A stretch of 63,028 nucleotides of DNA from positions 1 to 63,028 of the IMG/VR virus record IMGVR_UViG_3300035188_000849. The stretch is one strand, 5' to 3'. The notes below the pieces were generated by a model, which did not search any database, was not told the DNA's origin, and saw only the letters and a program-made list of their open reading frames with translations. Shown in pieces: positions 7,373 through 15,442 of the stretch. Both the position numbers and the translations under genes were made by a program. How positions within the stretch are numbered: position 1 is the first letter of the stretch; each line of letters begins with the position of its first letter. This DNA is from a virus (taxonomy: Duplodnaviria > Caudoviricetes).

Positions 7373-9793
7373 TTAGAGTATTGGAGCAAAAATTGTTCCA
7401 ATTAAATGACCATTAGCCAAATATACATTTATATTATTTTGTTGCTTTGTACAATAAGCCAAAACATAAGTTGCTGGTATTTCTCTAGCAACTAAAGAAT
7501 TAATTGGGGATTTTTCTCTCCCTCGTGTCAAAAAATTATTTTGACCAGAACCAGATAATATGGGTTGGTCAAACAGATTCGATGGACCACTTTCTTTTTC
7601 AACTCTAAACGATAAAAATTCTCTAGAGTCAAATAAAACATTTCTATCTGCGCCACATGGTGAATTTGTACTAGATCCATTTGAATTGTCTTTGAGATCT
7701 GAGTATTCATTGCATGAAATTAAATTGATTGTATCAATTTTTGGAACAATTATTAAATATTGATTTTCATTTAAATTTTTTAATTCTGAGTTATCAATTA
7801 ACATAAAATTATTCATTAATTTTATAAAACTTAAATCATAATAATCGTTGCCACCAATATTGACATAATCATCTATTGTTCCTTCTGTCCTTCTGACTCC
7901 TCTTTGTTTAGAATGCAACATATACCAACCTTCATTTGTGTTAATCTCATAATTAACTACTCCATTTATAGTTCTGGAATTTAAAGACACCAAATCTTTA
8001 GAAATTGGTATAATTTTATTAACACGATAAAATCCGTTAAATAAATTATCTCTTTGTGATGTTCCCAGTATATCAATATTTGAAGATATTAAAAATTCTT
8101 TACTCAACCAATTTTTATTATACTCAATAAATAAACTTTGGTTTTTATAAAATTTTTCTTGTAATTCGTTTAGTTCAGATGCTTGAAGCATTCTTTTTTC
8201 TTTAAAATCTATTAAATTTGCATTTTGATATATTGAATTTGTAGATTCTCTAGAAAAGTAAGGATTGTTTTTAAGCGGGAAGTTAAATTCTGATTCTTGA
8301 GATAAATTTGGTAAATTTGCAGATTCTTCAATAAACAAAGGACCAAAACTATATGTGGCAATTTCTGGTTTTTGTATTGATCTCAGAAATGTATTTTGTC
8401 TATAAGTAATTGATCCAAATGACCCATCTCCAAAACCTATTAGTTCTAGAGGATCATTATCTGGATAGCCTGGAATTGATTCTTCGGGATGATATATATT
8501 AGGCAAACACCAAGTGTTTATATCTACAGTTTTAGTTTCATCGTTTAAATAAAATATATTTTCTGGATTACATCTATTTAAATCTGGAGTTCCAATATTT
8601 TTTCTAGCGGCCCCGTGTTTGTGATTGGAAAATCCAAGAAATAGAGTTTCTCCCTCATTTGATACAGTAAAAACTGATGCACCATCATCACCCTGTCCTC
8701 CGGTGTGTATCCAATCATTCATTACCCAATTGTCCTCAAACTGCGTTATGCCCCAAAACGTTCCAAATCCATAAGTTTCTGGTAAATTTCTGTCGGGTCT
8801 TCCAACATAAGAACCACTTGAATTTTTCTTAATTATTGCTTTTGTTACAGTTGCATTTTGACTGACACCATAAGTAGGAAAGTTTTCTTTGACTTTTCCA
8901 ACTAAAACTTTATATCTTTTTATTCTTTGGGGTATTGGTTCTTGTCCTTTTTTCATTCTGAATAAAGTAAAAGGCTCTTCATTTATTATTATTGTACCGA
9001 TGCCATAATTATCACATGTGTCTGGTGGATCAAGAATAACATCAAATGCTTTACAAGCACACTCAAATACTCTAGTAATAAATTCATTTATTTCTGGATC
9101 AAAGAATGAAGCCGTTGTATCAGCGCACGGTGGACCTACTGAGTGACCAATTCTATAAAGGTATTCCTCTCCACCATCTTCATATGAAGGTCCTGTATTT
9201 TCTAGCAATACTGCACCAGAAAGAAGAAACGACCCGTTGAACCATAAATTCATATCATTCCAATATTCTGCGCTTTCTATATCCGTTGGTTTTATTATTC
9301 TAGATGGATATCTTAGTCCGTCATCTGGTGCTTTTAATCCAAAATTTTCTAAACATTCTGGAACCGTACCCCCTGAATTTTCTACAGCAGTTCCGTATAA
9401 GTTACAACTCCAAAACGCTCCGCTGCATTGGCCAATTTGATCGCTTAATTTAGAATAGGAGTATTGAGCAGCACATCTAGGCCATGGTAAAGCTTGACAT
9501 ACATTATATCCTTCATAACATTCTGGTAAATCAAGATCATAACACGGTCTACAATAAACCGATCCACCATCTCCTAATCTTCTTATACCAAATATAACAC
9601 CACTAAAGTCTAATTGTAATGGTATTGTTTCTCCATCTACAGTTATTGTTTCAGAATTGGTAAATATATTTTCATTCAAAGATATTGGATATGCTGTTCT
9701 GTATTGTGGATAAACTTGTGGTGTTGTATTATAGTTAAATATACTAACTTTATTCAATACAGAAGGTGTGTTTAGTCTGTGAATCCATGTCAT
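7373..9793 (-). CDS. probable virion protein with C-terminal DUF4815-like module
   Basis: FKEKRMLQASELNELQ and PCGADR motifs shared with 34881..35615; start probably MTWIH (9793). Confidence 0.6.
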   Translation of the reverse strand: MTWIHRLNTPSVLNKVSIFNYNTTPQVYPQYRTAYPISLNENIFTNSETITVDGETIPLQLDFSGVIFGIRRLGDGGSVYCRPCYDLDLPECYEGYNVCQALPWPRCAAQYSYSKLSDQIGQCSGAFWSCNLYGTAVENSGGTVPECLENFGLKAPDDGLRYPSRIIKPTDIESAEYWNDMNLWFNGSFLLSGAVLLENTGPSYEDGGEEYLYRIGHSVGPPCADTTASFFDPEINEFITRVFECACKAFDVILDPPDTCDNYGIGTIIINEEPFTLFRMKKGQEPIPQRIKRYKVLVGKVKENFPTYGVSQNATVTKAIIKKNSSGSYVGRPDRNLPETYGFGTFWGITQFEDNWVMNDWIHTGGQGDDGASVFTVSNEGETLFLGFSNHKHGAARKNIGTPDLNRCNPENIFYLNDETKTVDINTWCLPNIYHPEESIPGYPDNDPLELIGFGDGSFGSITYRQNTFLRSIQKPEIATYSFGPLFIEESANLPNLSQESEFNFPLKNNPYFSRESTNSIYQNANLIDFKEKRMLQASELNELQEKFYKNQSLFIEYNKNWLSKEFLISSNIDILGTSQRDNLFNGFYRVNKIIPISKDLVSLNSRTINGVVNYEINTNEGWYMLHSKQRGVRRTEGTIDDYVNIGGNDYYDLSFIKLMNNFMLIDNSELKNLNENQYLIIVPKIDTINLISCNEYSDLKDNSNGSSTNSPCGADRNVLFDSREFLSFRVEKESGPSNLFDQPILSGSGQNNFLTRGREKSPINSLVAREIPATYVLAYCTKQQNNINVYLANGHLIGTIFAPIL

Positions 9794-9828
9794 AGTAAAA
9801 ATATGTATAAACATAAATACAAGTACAA

Positions 9829-9914
9829 GACGGGCTCGCGAACTACGCTGTTCGTGCGAAAAAGGAACTTCGCTACCTTTCGACCGTCAGGGGGGGATTC
9901 GGGTAATCCCCCCT
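9829..9914 (+). ncRNA. candidate small structured RNA plus terminator hairpin
   Basis: CATAAATA at 9812; closing stem GACGG/CCGTC; two internal hairpins; GGGGGGATT/AATCCCCCC hairpin. Confidence 0.5.
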
Positions 9915-9936
9915 ATCTTTTTCTACATATAGTAAC

Positions 9937-11301
9937 ATGGCAGAAGAAATAGCAAACATAAAAGTAATTCCAGTTGTTTATGAAAAAGGCACAACGGGTT
10001 CCTATGTCTTAGATTTGCGTGGGGAAAAGAAAATAATAAAATTTGGCGATAATGTTGAAAAAAATGATGATTGGGAATCAATTGTCTATTCTGAATTCAC
10101 TGGTTCTCCGAGAGTTGACATTGTTACAAATTTGGCAGATCCAACAATACCAAAATTATTTTTGGATGTAATCGTTCCAGAACTACAGGAAAATAGAATA
10201 GAAGCAGGTCTAGTTCTTTATGAAAATTGGGCAGATTTACCTTCAATCTATCCAGATCATCCTAATGGAATTTCTTTTAACTCGGCTTTGTTTAAAACTA
10301 ATTTACAAACAGAATTAGATAAATGGTCTGGTGTAACAAATTATCAAACATTCTTTAATAATTATCCTCATGATATTGAAGTAGGATATGAATCATATGT
10401 CTCTGGAAAAATAAACGGATATACTGGTGATGGTGTAGATATTCCTGGCATAACAGGGCCATTAGTTTTAAATGGTATTACTTTACTTAGTCTTACTTTG
10501 ACTGCTGCAAAGGAATTATCTCCTTCTTCTAGGGTTTATGAATACCACGCACCAGTTCTACCTTATAATTTTCCAAGTCCTGCTTTGGGGGCGGATTGGT
10601 ATCAAAGAAGCAATATTGGATATACAGAGAGTGATCAAGCATATGCAGATTTCAAGATAATGGCTCTGCAAAGATTTTCAGATAAAGTGAATCTTATAAA
10701 AGGAAGTTCGGATCTGATAAATCTTGAGGTTTATCCAAAACACTTTGCTGGATACACTTATCCGATGGGTGAATTTGAGTTTGGTTATCCAGATCAATTT
10801 GCGCTCAAAGCAAATGGAACAAAGGAATATACCTATGTTTCAATCAAGGGTGCATATGATAATATTCCAACTAGTAAAAGAGTACAGTTGCAAACCAGTC
10901 CGGTGATTTATAATGGATCTGGTTATTTAATATCTCAACTTACATCTGTTGCTGCTGTTCAGCAATTGGATGCCTTAATTTGGACTAATGAGTTTCTAGC
11001 AAATTACATTATAAAACCAGCAAAGGATGCCGGAGCCAGAAGTATGTTTATTTGGCATCCTTGGTATCAAGATACAATAATAGCCGGCAGACCATTAACT
11101 GGTATATGGAATTCTGACGGTGATAATTTAACACTAGTGACAAGAAAACTAATTAATGATTTATTTACTGACACTGGATATACAGGCACTATAGGGCTGA
11201 CAAATGATTCTGCATGGGCAGCACAAAGTACAAAAATATACGCATTGACGGCTGCCACAGAAAAGACAGTTTCTATGGCTGATCTTTTCAGACAACTTTA
11301 A
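9937..11301 (+). CDS. hypothetical protein (454 aa)
   Basis: Long ORF; composition like the virion proteins; no family recognised. Confidence 0.65.
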   Translation: MAEEIANIKVIPVVYEKGTTGSYVLDLRGEKKIIKFGDNVEKNDDWESIVYSEFTGSPRVDIVTNLADPTIPKLFLDVIVPELQENRIEAGLVLYENWADLPSIYPDHPNGISFNSALFKTNLQTELDKWSGVTNYQTFFNNYPHDIEVGYESYVSGKINGYTGDGVDIPGITGPLVLNGITLLSLTLTAAKELSPSSRVYEYHAPVLPYNFPSPALGADWYQRSNIGYTESDQAYADFKIMALQRFSDKVNLIKGSSDLINLEVYPKHFAGYTYPMGEFEFGYPDQFALKANGTKEYTYVSIKGAYDNIPTSKRVQLQTSPVIYNGSGYLISQLTSVAAVQQLDALIWTNEFLANYIIKPAKDAGARSMFIWHPWYQDTIIAGRPLTGIWNSDGDNLTLVTRKLINDLFTDTGYTGTIGLTNDSAWAAQSTKIYALTAATEKTVSMADLFRQL

Positions 11302-11303
11302 TA

Positions 11304-11331
11304 TTGATTTTTATCATTAGTTTGTTATAAT
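11304..11331 (+). promoter_or_regulatory. sigma70-type promoter with extended -10
   Basis: TTGATT-N16-TATAAT with TG ahead of -10. Confidence 0.7.
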
Positions 11332-11338
11332 TCGTGTC

Positions 11339-11716
11339 ATGCAAGTTTGTCGTGCTGAAGAATATCTTCAATTGGCATATCCAATGTGTCTTAGTATTCC
11401 TAGACAGAAGAAGCATGTCTCTTTGATCATTTGCAAAAAGAGAATTATTTCTGTTGGTATGAATTACTTCAAGACCCATCCAAAAGCAAAAGAGATTGGA
11501 TATCAATACGAGGAAATGCATTCTGAACTTGATGCCTTTCGCAAACTAGACAAGCAAGATAGGCAAAAAAAACTACATCTCATTAATGTCCGTTTCAATC
11601 GATTCGGTCAAATGAGAATGTCAAAGCCGTGTGAAAAATGTTTACCGTGGTGTATTGAAGTTTTTCACACAATTCACTATACTACTGATAACGGTGTTAT
11701 CCGTCTTAACTACTAA
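11339..11716 (+). CDS. cytidine/dCMP deaminase-superfamily Zn-dependent deaminase
   Basis: IISVGMN, HSE and KPCEKC zinc-binding motifs. Confidence 0.8.
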   Translation: MQVCRAEEYLQLAYPMCLSIPRQKKHVSLIICKKRIISVGMNYFKTHPKAKEIGYQYEEMHSELDAFRKLDKQDRQKKLHLINVRFNRFGQMRMSKPCEKCLPWCIEVFHTIHYTTDNGVIRLNY

Positions 11717-11727
11717 AAGGAGTAATT

Positions 11728-12030
11728 ATGATTTATCGTACTAGACTGTTTGGATCTGTTGAATCTTTTGTTTGCGCTCTTGTAACCGCTGGTCTTTTTG
11801 TTCACTTTTCTGGTGCAAATTTCGACAATGTTTTGGCTGTAGTTATGGCTATTGCTTCTGTTGGATTTGTTTATCTTGGTATTTCATCCTACAAGGATAA
11901 GAACGAAGATCTTCGTAGTGAACTTCGTGTTGAGCGTGAGTTCACCGCCCAAGAGGATACTAAGCGCGAACTGAATGATCGAATTGCTGGTCTTGAGCGT
12001 GAGTTCAATAATCTAGCAAACAAGAACTAA
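11728..12030 (+). CDS. two-TM membrane protein with C-terminal coiled coil
   Basis: Two hydrophobic stretches; AAGGAG RBS. Confidence 0.65.
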   Translation: MIYRTRLFGSVESFVCALVTAGLFVHFSGANFDNVLAVVMAIASVGFVYLGISSYKDKNEDLRSELRVEREFTAQEDTKRELNDRIAGLEREFNNLANKN

Positions 12031-12040
12031 TCTTGTTGTT

Positions 12041-12114
12041 GGCACGGTAGACCAATAGGCAGAGTCAATAGACTTAAAATCTGTGTAGTGTGGGTTCGAG
12101 TCCCACCCGTGCTA
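12041..12114 (+). tRNA. tRNA-Leu (TAA) with short variable loop
   Basis: GGCACGG/CCGTGCT, ATAGA-CTTAAAA-TCTGT, variable region GTAGT only. Confidence 0.9.
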
Positions 12115-12123
12115 TTTTAGGAG

Positions 12124-12357
12124 ATGCAAATGTTTCGACTTCATATTGATATTCCACTTTCAATGACAGAACAAGATTCAGTTTCTATTTCTCAGAAGAT
12201 TATCGACCTTCTAGAAAAAGAAAAGATGTTGACTTTTGGTGTGGAACAGGTAAATTATCGTTTGGGACACGACGAAGATCGTCAAAAGAGCAATTACTTG
12301 ATCAAGAATGAAAATGGTCATGTCTCAAACAAAAAGTGTCACATTTATTGGATGTGA
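12124..12357 (+). CDS. hypothetical protein
   Basis: AGGAG upstream; start may be the second Met (12130). Confidence 0.6.
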   Translation: MQMFRLHIDIPLSMTEQDSVSISQKIIDLLEKEKMLTFGVEQVNYRLGHDEDRQKSNYLIKNENGHVSNKKCHIYWM

Positions 12358-12363
12358 CTTCAT

Positions 12364-12436
12364 GGGATGTGGGGGTCTGGGAGGCCCAGCCTTGCTTATA
12401 ACGAGGTGGCAGTAGGTTCGAATCCTATACATCCTA
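12364..12436 (+). tRNA. tRNA-Ile (TAT), atypical D arm
   Basis: GGGATGT/ACATCCT, CCTTG-CTTATAA-CGAGG, GTAGG-TTCGAAT-CCTAT; G at position 8. Confidence 0.8.
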
Positions 12437-12439
12437 TTT

Positions 12440-12447
12440 TATAAATA
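12440..12447 (+). promoter_or_regulatory. T4-type late promoter
   Basis: Exact TATAAATA 17 nt before ATG 12465. Confidence 0.7.
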
Positions 12448-12464
12448 AGGTACGGAGAATTAAT

Positions 12465-12890
12465 ATGGCCAAATTTTCAGTACCAGCCGGTTGTAGAGAT
12501 GCGATGACAAACCTTCATAACGCCCACAATGAGCGTTATAACCGCATAAAAACAAAACTAACTCAAGCAAGAGTAGACGCAAAGGAAAGTGATCGTCTAA
12601 TCGGTGCATATATGGACACCCATAATGTTCTGCATGGCGCAGTCCAAAAAGCATTATCTGCAAAGGTAACAGAAATGCCCGACACAGTTAGAGACACACT
12701 ACATGCCGCTAGTGTTCATGCCGGTGATGTTCATTCGTCATTGACAAAAGGCCAAAGAGGCGCTGATATTGGAAGACAAACTGTTGCTGGAAAGCCAGTA
12801 GGATCTAAAATGGCTGGACAAAAAGTAGATCCACAGACACATCTACTAAAAGTAATTTCCGATATTAGAACTAGACACGGCAAACAGTAA
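12465..12890 (+). CDS. His/Ala-rich basic late protein
   Basis: Late promoter plus GGAGA RBS. Confidence 0.65.
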   Translation: MAKFSVPAGCRDAMTNLHNAHNERYNRIKTKLTQARVDAKESDRLIGAYMDTHNVLHGAVQKALSAKVTEMPDTVRDTLHAASVHAGDVHSSLTKGQRGADIGRQTVAGKPVGSKMAGQKVDPQTHLLKVISDIRTRHGKQ

Positions 12891-12907
12891 ACGTTATACT
12901 GTTTGAC

Positions 12908-13048
12908 ATGAAAAACAAAAACTACTTAGAAAAGGTGCTTATTAATTCATTTGCATTTCTTTTGGTGTCTTTTGGTATAACAATGATGATTCTTTCTTTT
13001 TCATTCATGTGTGACACCATTAAAAAGATTGAAATTTACACAAAATGA
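12908..13048 (+). CDS. small membrane protein (46 aa) not in ORF track
   Basis: MKNKNYLEKVLINSFAFLLVSFGITMMILSFSFMC...; ATGA overlap with next gene. Confidence 0.5.
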   Translation: MKNKNYLEKVLINSFAFLLVSFGITMMILSFSFMCDTIKKIEIYTK

Positions 13049-13227
13049 TAGACATTGAAATTCGATTAATGGAATTGGCCAATAAATGGCGATATGCAAA
13101 CCAAGAAGTATATGATGTTTGCAGAGATGCCGTTGAACAAATTCGTTTGTTGAGAGTCACTAACCCAAAGAAAACAATGCCATATGATCCCGGAACCAGT
13201 GGTTGGGGTAAGGGTAAAGATGAATAA
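13045..13227 (+). CDS. hypothetical protein
   Basis: ORF packing. Confidence 0.55.
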   Translation: MIDIEIRLMELANKWRYANQEVYDVCRDAVEQIRLLRVTNPKKTMPYDPGTSGWGKGKDE

Positions 13228-13390
13228 CGAGAAAAAATATTTTACCTACTACGATGCATTATTTGCAACCGCAATTTTGTGCATAACATTCTTTATGCAA
13301 CTCATAGTATTTGAACGTTTGGAAACTCGCGTTAAGGATCTTGAAATCAAAATTTCAGCATATGAATTCCGAAACTCGCAATTTGATTGA
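13220..13390 (+). CDS. small membrane protein (MNNEKKY...)
   Basis: One hydrophobic segment; overlaps neighbours. Confidence 0.5.
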   Translation: MNNEKKYFTYYDALFATAILCITFFMQLIVFERLETRVKDLEIKISAYEFRNSQFD

Positions 13391-13922
13391 TCACTACCAC
13401 TACTGGAACACAGATGCCATCATTGCTGATCTTGAGACTAAGCGGTTTAACTATAGTGTTTTGTGTTGCAATATTGGCAACGATTTTAATATCGCAACTG
13501 TGGTACGCAATGCGAATGCATTTTTGGCGAAGGAAGTAGTGATCTATGGCAATAAGAAATACGATAGACGGGGGACTGTCGGTACTCATCACTACACCAA
13601 ATTCCGTCATGTTAAAGGCATTGAAGATCTCGGCTCCTACATTGAAGAAACTATTTCCAAGTATGAAGGCAAAGTTAAATTATTGGGAATTGACAATGTA
13701 CCTGAAGCAAAAGATGTAAACACATTTGATTTTGATCCAAGTGTGCATTATATTATGATTTTTGGTCAGGAACAAATTGGAATTCCTGCCAATGTTTTGT
13801 CTATGTGTGATGATCTTCTTTACATTCCCCAGTACGGCTCTGTGAGAAGCATCAATGTTGGTACTGCCTCTGGTATTATAATGAACAATTATTGTGCCAA
13901 GGTTCACTCCTTCGTGGTGTAA
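13362..13922 (+). CDS. SpoU/TrmH-family (SPOUT) RNA 2'-O-methyltransferase
   Basis: NIGNDFNIATVVRNANAF, IFGQEQIGI, IPQYGSVRSINVGTASGI motifs; start placed at MNSETR. Confidence 0.9.
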   Translation: MNSETRNLIDHYHYWNTDAIIADLETKRFNYSVLCCNIGNDFNIATVVRNANAFLAKEVVIYGNKKYDRRGTVGTHHYTKFRHVKGIEDLGSYIEETISKYEGKVKLLGIDNVPEAKDVNTFDFDPSVHYIMIFGQEQIGIPANVLSMCDDLLYIPQYGSVRSINVGTASGIIMNNYCAKVHSFVV

Positions 13923-13978
13923 TGGTAGCACAAGAGGCTTTGAACCTCTTTGTCTAAGTTCGAATCTTAGCGAAGGAA
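13908..13978 (+). tRNA. tRNA-Gln (TTG)
   Basis: TCCTTCG/CGAAGGA, AGAGG-CTTTGAA-CCTCT, CTAAG-TTCGAAT-CTTAG. Confidence 0.93.
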
Positions 13979-13980
13979 TT

Positions 13981-14256
13981 ATGAAAGACACTTTTAAATC
14001 TCGTTATAATCAAAAGCGCACAATCACAGAACAAGGTGATGGTTCTTACTTGGTTGAGGGAGAGAGCCGGTATTATCGCTGTGGTGCTAATGAAGGAGAG
14101 GATAGCATTTGGATGGTAGACTTTGAAGGTGGTCCATTTATTGCTGTTGGCGATCCTTTGCTTGGTTCCAAGAAAGAATATGGAACAGTAACTAGAATCG
14201 AAATTCTTAAAGAACAAAAAGAAGGTAGTTTTGCCGTAAAAGTATTTTGTGAATAA
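13981..14256 (+). CDS. hypothetical protein (MKDTFKSRY...)
   Basis: ATG directly after tRNA-Gln. Confidence 0.6.
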   Translation: MKDTFKSRYNQKRTITEQGDGSYLVEGESRYYRCGANEGEDSIWMVDFEGGPFIAVGDPLLGSKKEYGTVTRIEILKEQKEGSFAVKVFCE

Positions 14257-14264
14257 ATACTTGT

Positions 14265-14645
14265 ATGGCTGATCAATTTTCTTTCAATATCGATCCATCA
14301 TTACTAGAAGGTGATTTTGGCTTTAGCACAGTAAACCAAGAAGAACTTGGTAGTTTGCTTTCTCCTAGTCTGACTGAGCCAGAAGAAATATCTGCTATTA
14401 AGTCAAAACTAGATTTGATTTTAGAGATGAATTCCACATGCGAAGGTGCAATGGCTGTAAAGTCTCAATATGACGAATTGCTCAAAGCCAGAATGACCGA
14501 AATCGAAAAAGTAATACTACCTCTTCTCGCTAGTCTTAAAAAGAACAAAGCAAAAGATTATATCTTTTGGCCAGGCGCACAGAGAGAAGCCCAGTGTGAT
14601 CTTCAAATTCAAAAACTTTTATCCTTGACTCGCGCAAAACTTTGA
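14265..14645 (+). CDS. conserved T4-like phage hypothetical protein
   Basis: DFGFS and PLLASLKKNKAKDYIFWP motifs; AATAAATA at 14252. Confidence 0.7.
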   Translation: MADQFSFNIDPSLLEGDFGFSTVNQEELGSLLSPSLTEPEEISAIKSKLDLILEMNSTCEGAMAVKSQYDELLKARMTEIEKVILPLLASLKKNKAKDYIFWPGAQREAQCDLQIQKLLSLTRAKL

Positions 14646-14653
14646 ATTATAAT
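14625..14653 (+). promoter_or_regulatory. sigma70-type promoter for tRNA-Gly
   Basis: TTGACT-N17-TATAAT. Confidence 0.75.
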
Positions 14654-14661
14654 TCAGTTGT

Positions 14662-14733
14662 GCGGGTGTAACTCAGTGGTAGAGTGTTGGTTTTCCAAAC
14701 CAATTGTCGAGGGTTCGATCCCCTTCTCCCGCT
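14662..14733 (+). tRNA. tRNA-Gly (TCC)
   Basis: GCGGGTG/CTCCCGC, TTGGT-TTTCCAA-ACCAA, GAGGG-TTCGATC-CCCTT. Confidence 0.92.
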
Positions 14734-14739
14734 TACTAT

Positions 14740-14820
14740 GCGTAGTTCAGTGTGTGATGCTGACTAGGATCATTGGTTGCAAACAGTGATTGAGTATGGG
14801 TGCAGGCCCCACGCTACGCT
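14740..14820 (+). tRNA. non-canonical tRNA-like element, Cys-type (GCA anticodon, U discriminator)
   Basis: GCGTAGT/GCTACGC acceptor; TCAGT/GCTGA stem; GATCATTG/CAGTGATT stem with TTGCAAA loop; TGGG-TGCAGGC-CCCA arm. Confidence 0.55.
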
Positions 14821-14822
14821 TT

Positions 14823-15170
14823 ATGAATACATTATTTGTTGAAAATAGAACTGAAGAGTGGCAAAAATATAATAGTTATTGTGGTACTAATAAATGGTTT
14901 GCTGGCTGGGCTATTAATTATAATGCCGCTACAAATGGTTTAGGTTATCAAAATTATGATTATGTTGTAATTGGAGACACACTCGGAGATGGTGAATCCC
15001 CGGTGTCTTTTGTGAAATACATTATCGATAATCGTATAAAAATTGGTACAATATTATTGTTCATAGAAAATAGTCATTTAAGGCAGACTATTGAAGATGA
15101 ATTTCTTAAAAACTTTTATTCAGTAAAAATTTTTACCAATTCTTGGGAAGAAACTTTTGCTAATAAATAA
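14823..15170 (+). CDS. receiver-like domain protein (degenerate)
   Basis: MNTLFVEN ... YDYVVIGDTLGDG resembles the LFLDD ... LDHDLG pattern of cyclic-phosphate-processing receiver domains. Confidence 0.45.
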   Translation: MNTLFVENRTEEWQKYNSYCGTNKWFAGWAINYNAATNGLGYQNYDYVVIGDTLGDGESPVSFVKYIIDNRIKIGTILLFIENSHLRQTIEDEFLKNFYSVKIFTNSWEETFANK

Positions 15171-15172
15171 CT

Positions 15173-15435
15173 TTGGTATTGTTGATCTCGGATAGAAACA
15201 CGAACAGCACTGGGGTTCGAATCCCCACGACTCCATTAGCCTAACCGAAGGATTCTGCAATTCCTTAGAGATGGCGAGACAAGTCCTCGTAGCAGCGGGG
15301 CACAATTAGGGGTCGAAAGGAATCGACTGGCGTAGAGTATTGAAGAAGGAGATACCCGACACGGGTAACAAGTGTCGTAAATAAACAGTTGCAACAACAA
15401 AAGCCGCACCAATGCGGATGGCTGCTTAAAGCAGT
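15173..15435 (+). ncRNA. ssrA: circularly permuted (two-piece) tmRNA; tag ATTKAAPMRMAA
   Basis: T arm and 3' acceptor strand (TGGGG-TTCGAAT-CCCCA-CGACTCC-A, 15211-15235) precede the 5' strand GGGGTCG (15309); G3:U70 pair; pk1-like pairing; tag frame 15391-15429 ends Ala-Ala-stop. Outer ends approximate. Confidence 0.9.
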
Positions 15436-15442
15436 GGGGTTT

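Noticed and set aside
7244-7405. Possible 53-aa ORF MNTENSNSCKTEES...
   Set aside because: No clear RBS, overlaps both neighbours and spans the inverted repeat
11728-12030. Holin call for the two-TM protein
   Set aside because: No adjacent endolysin and it lies in an early-promoter unit; topology alone is insufficient
15270-15308. HDV-like/theta ribozyme suggested by TCCTCGT near a tRNA-like 3' end
   Set aside because: Flanking bases (AAG/AGC) cannot form P3 and no P1/P2 nesting was found
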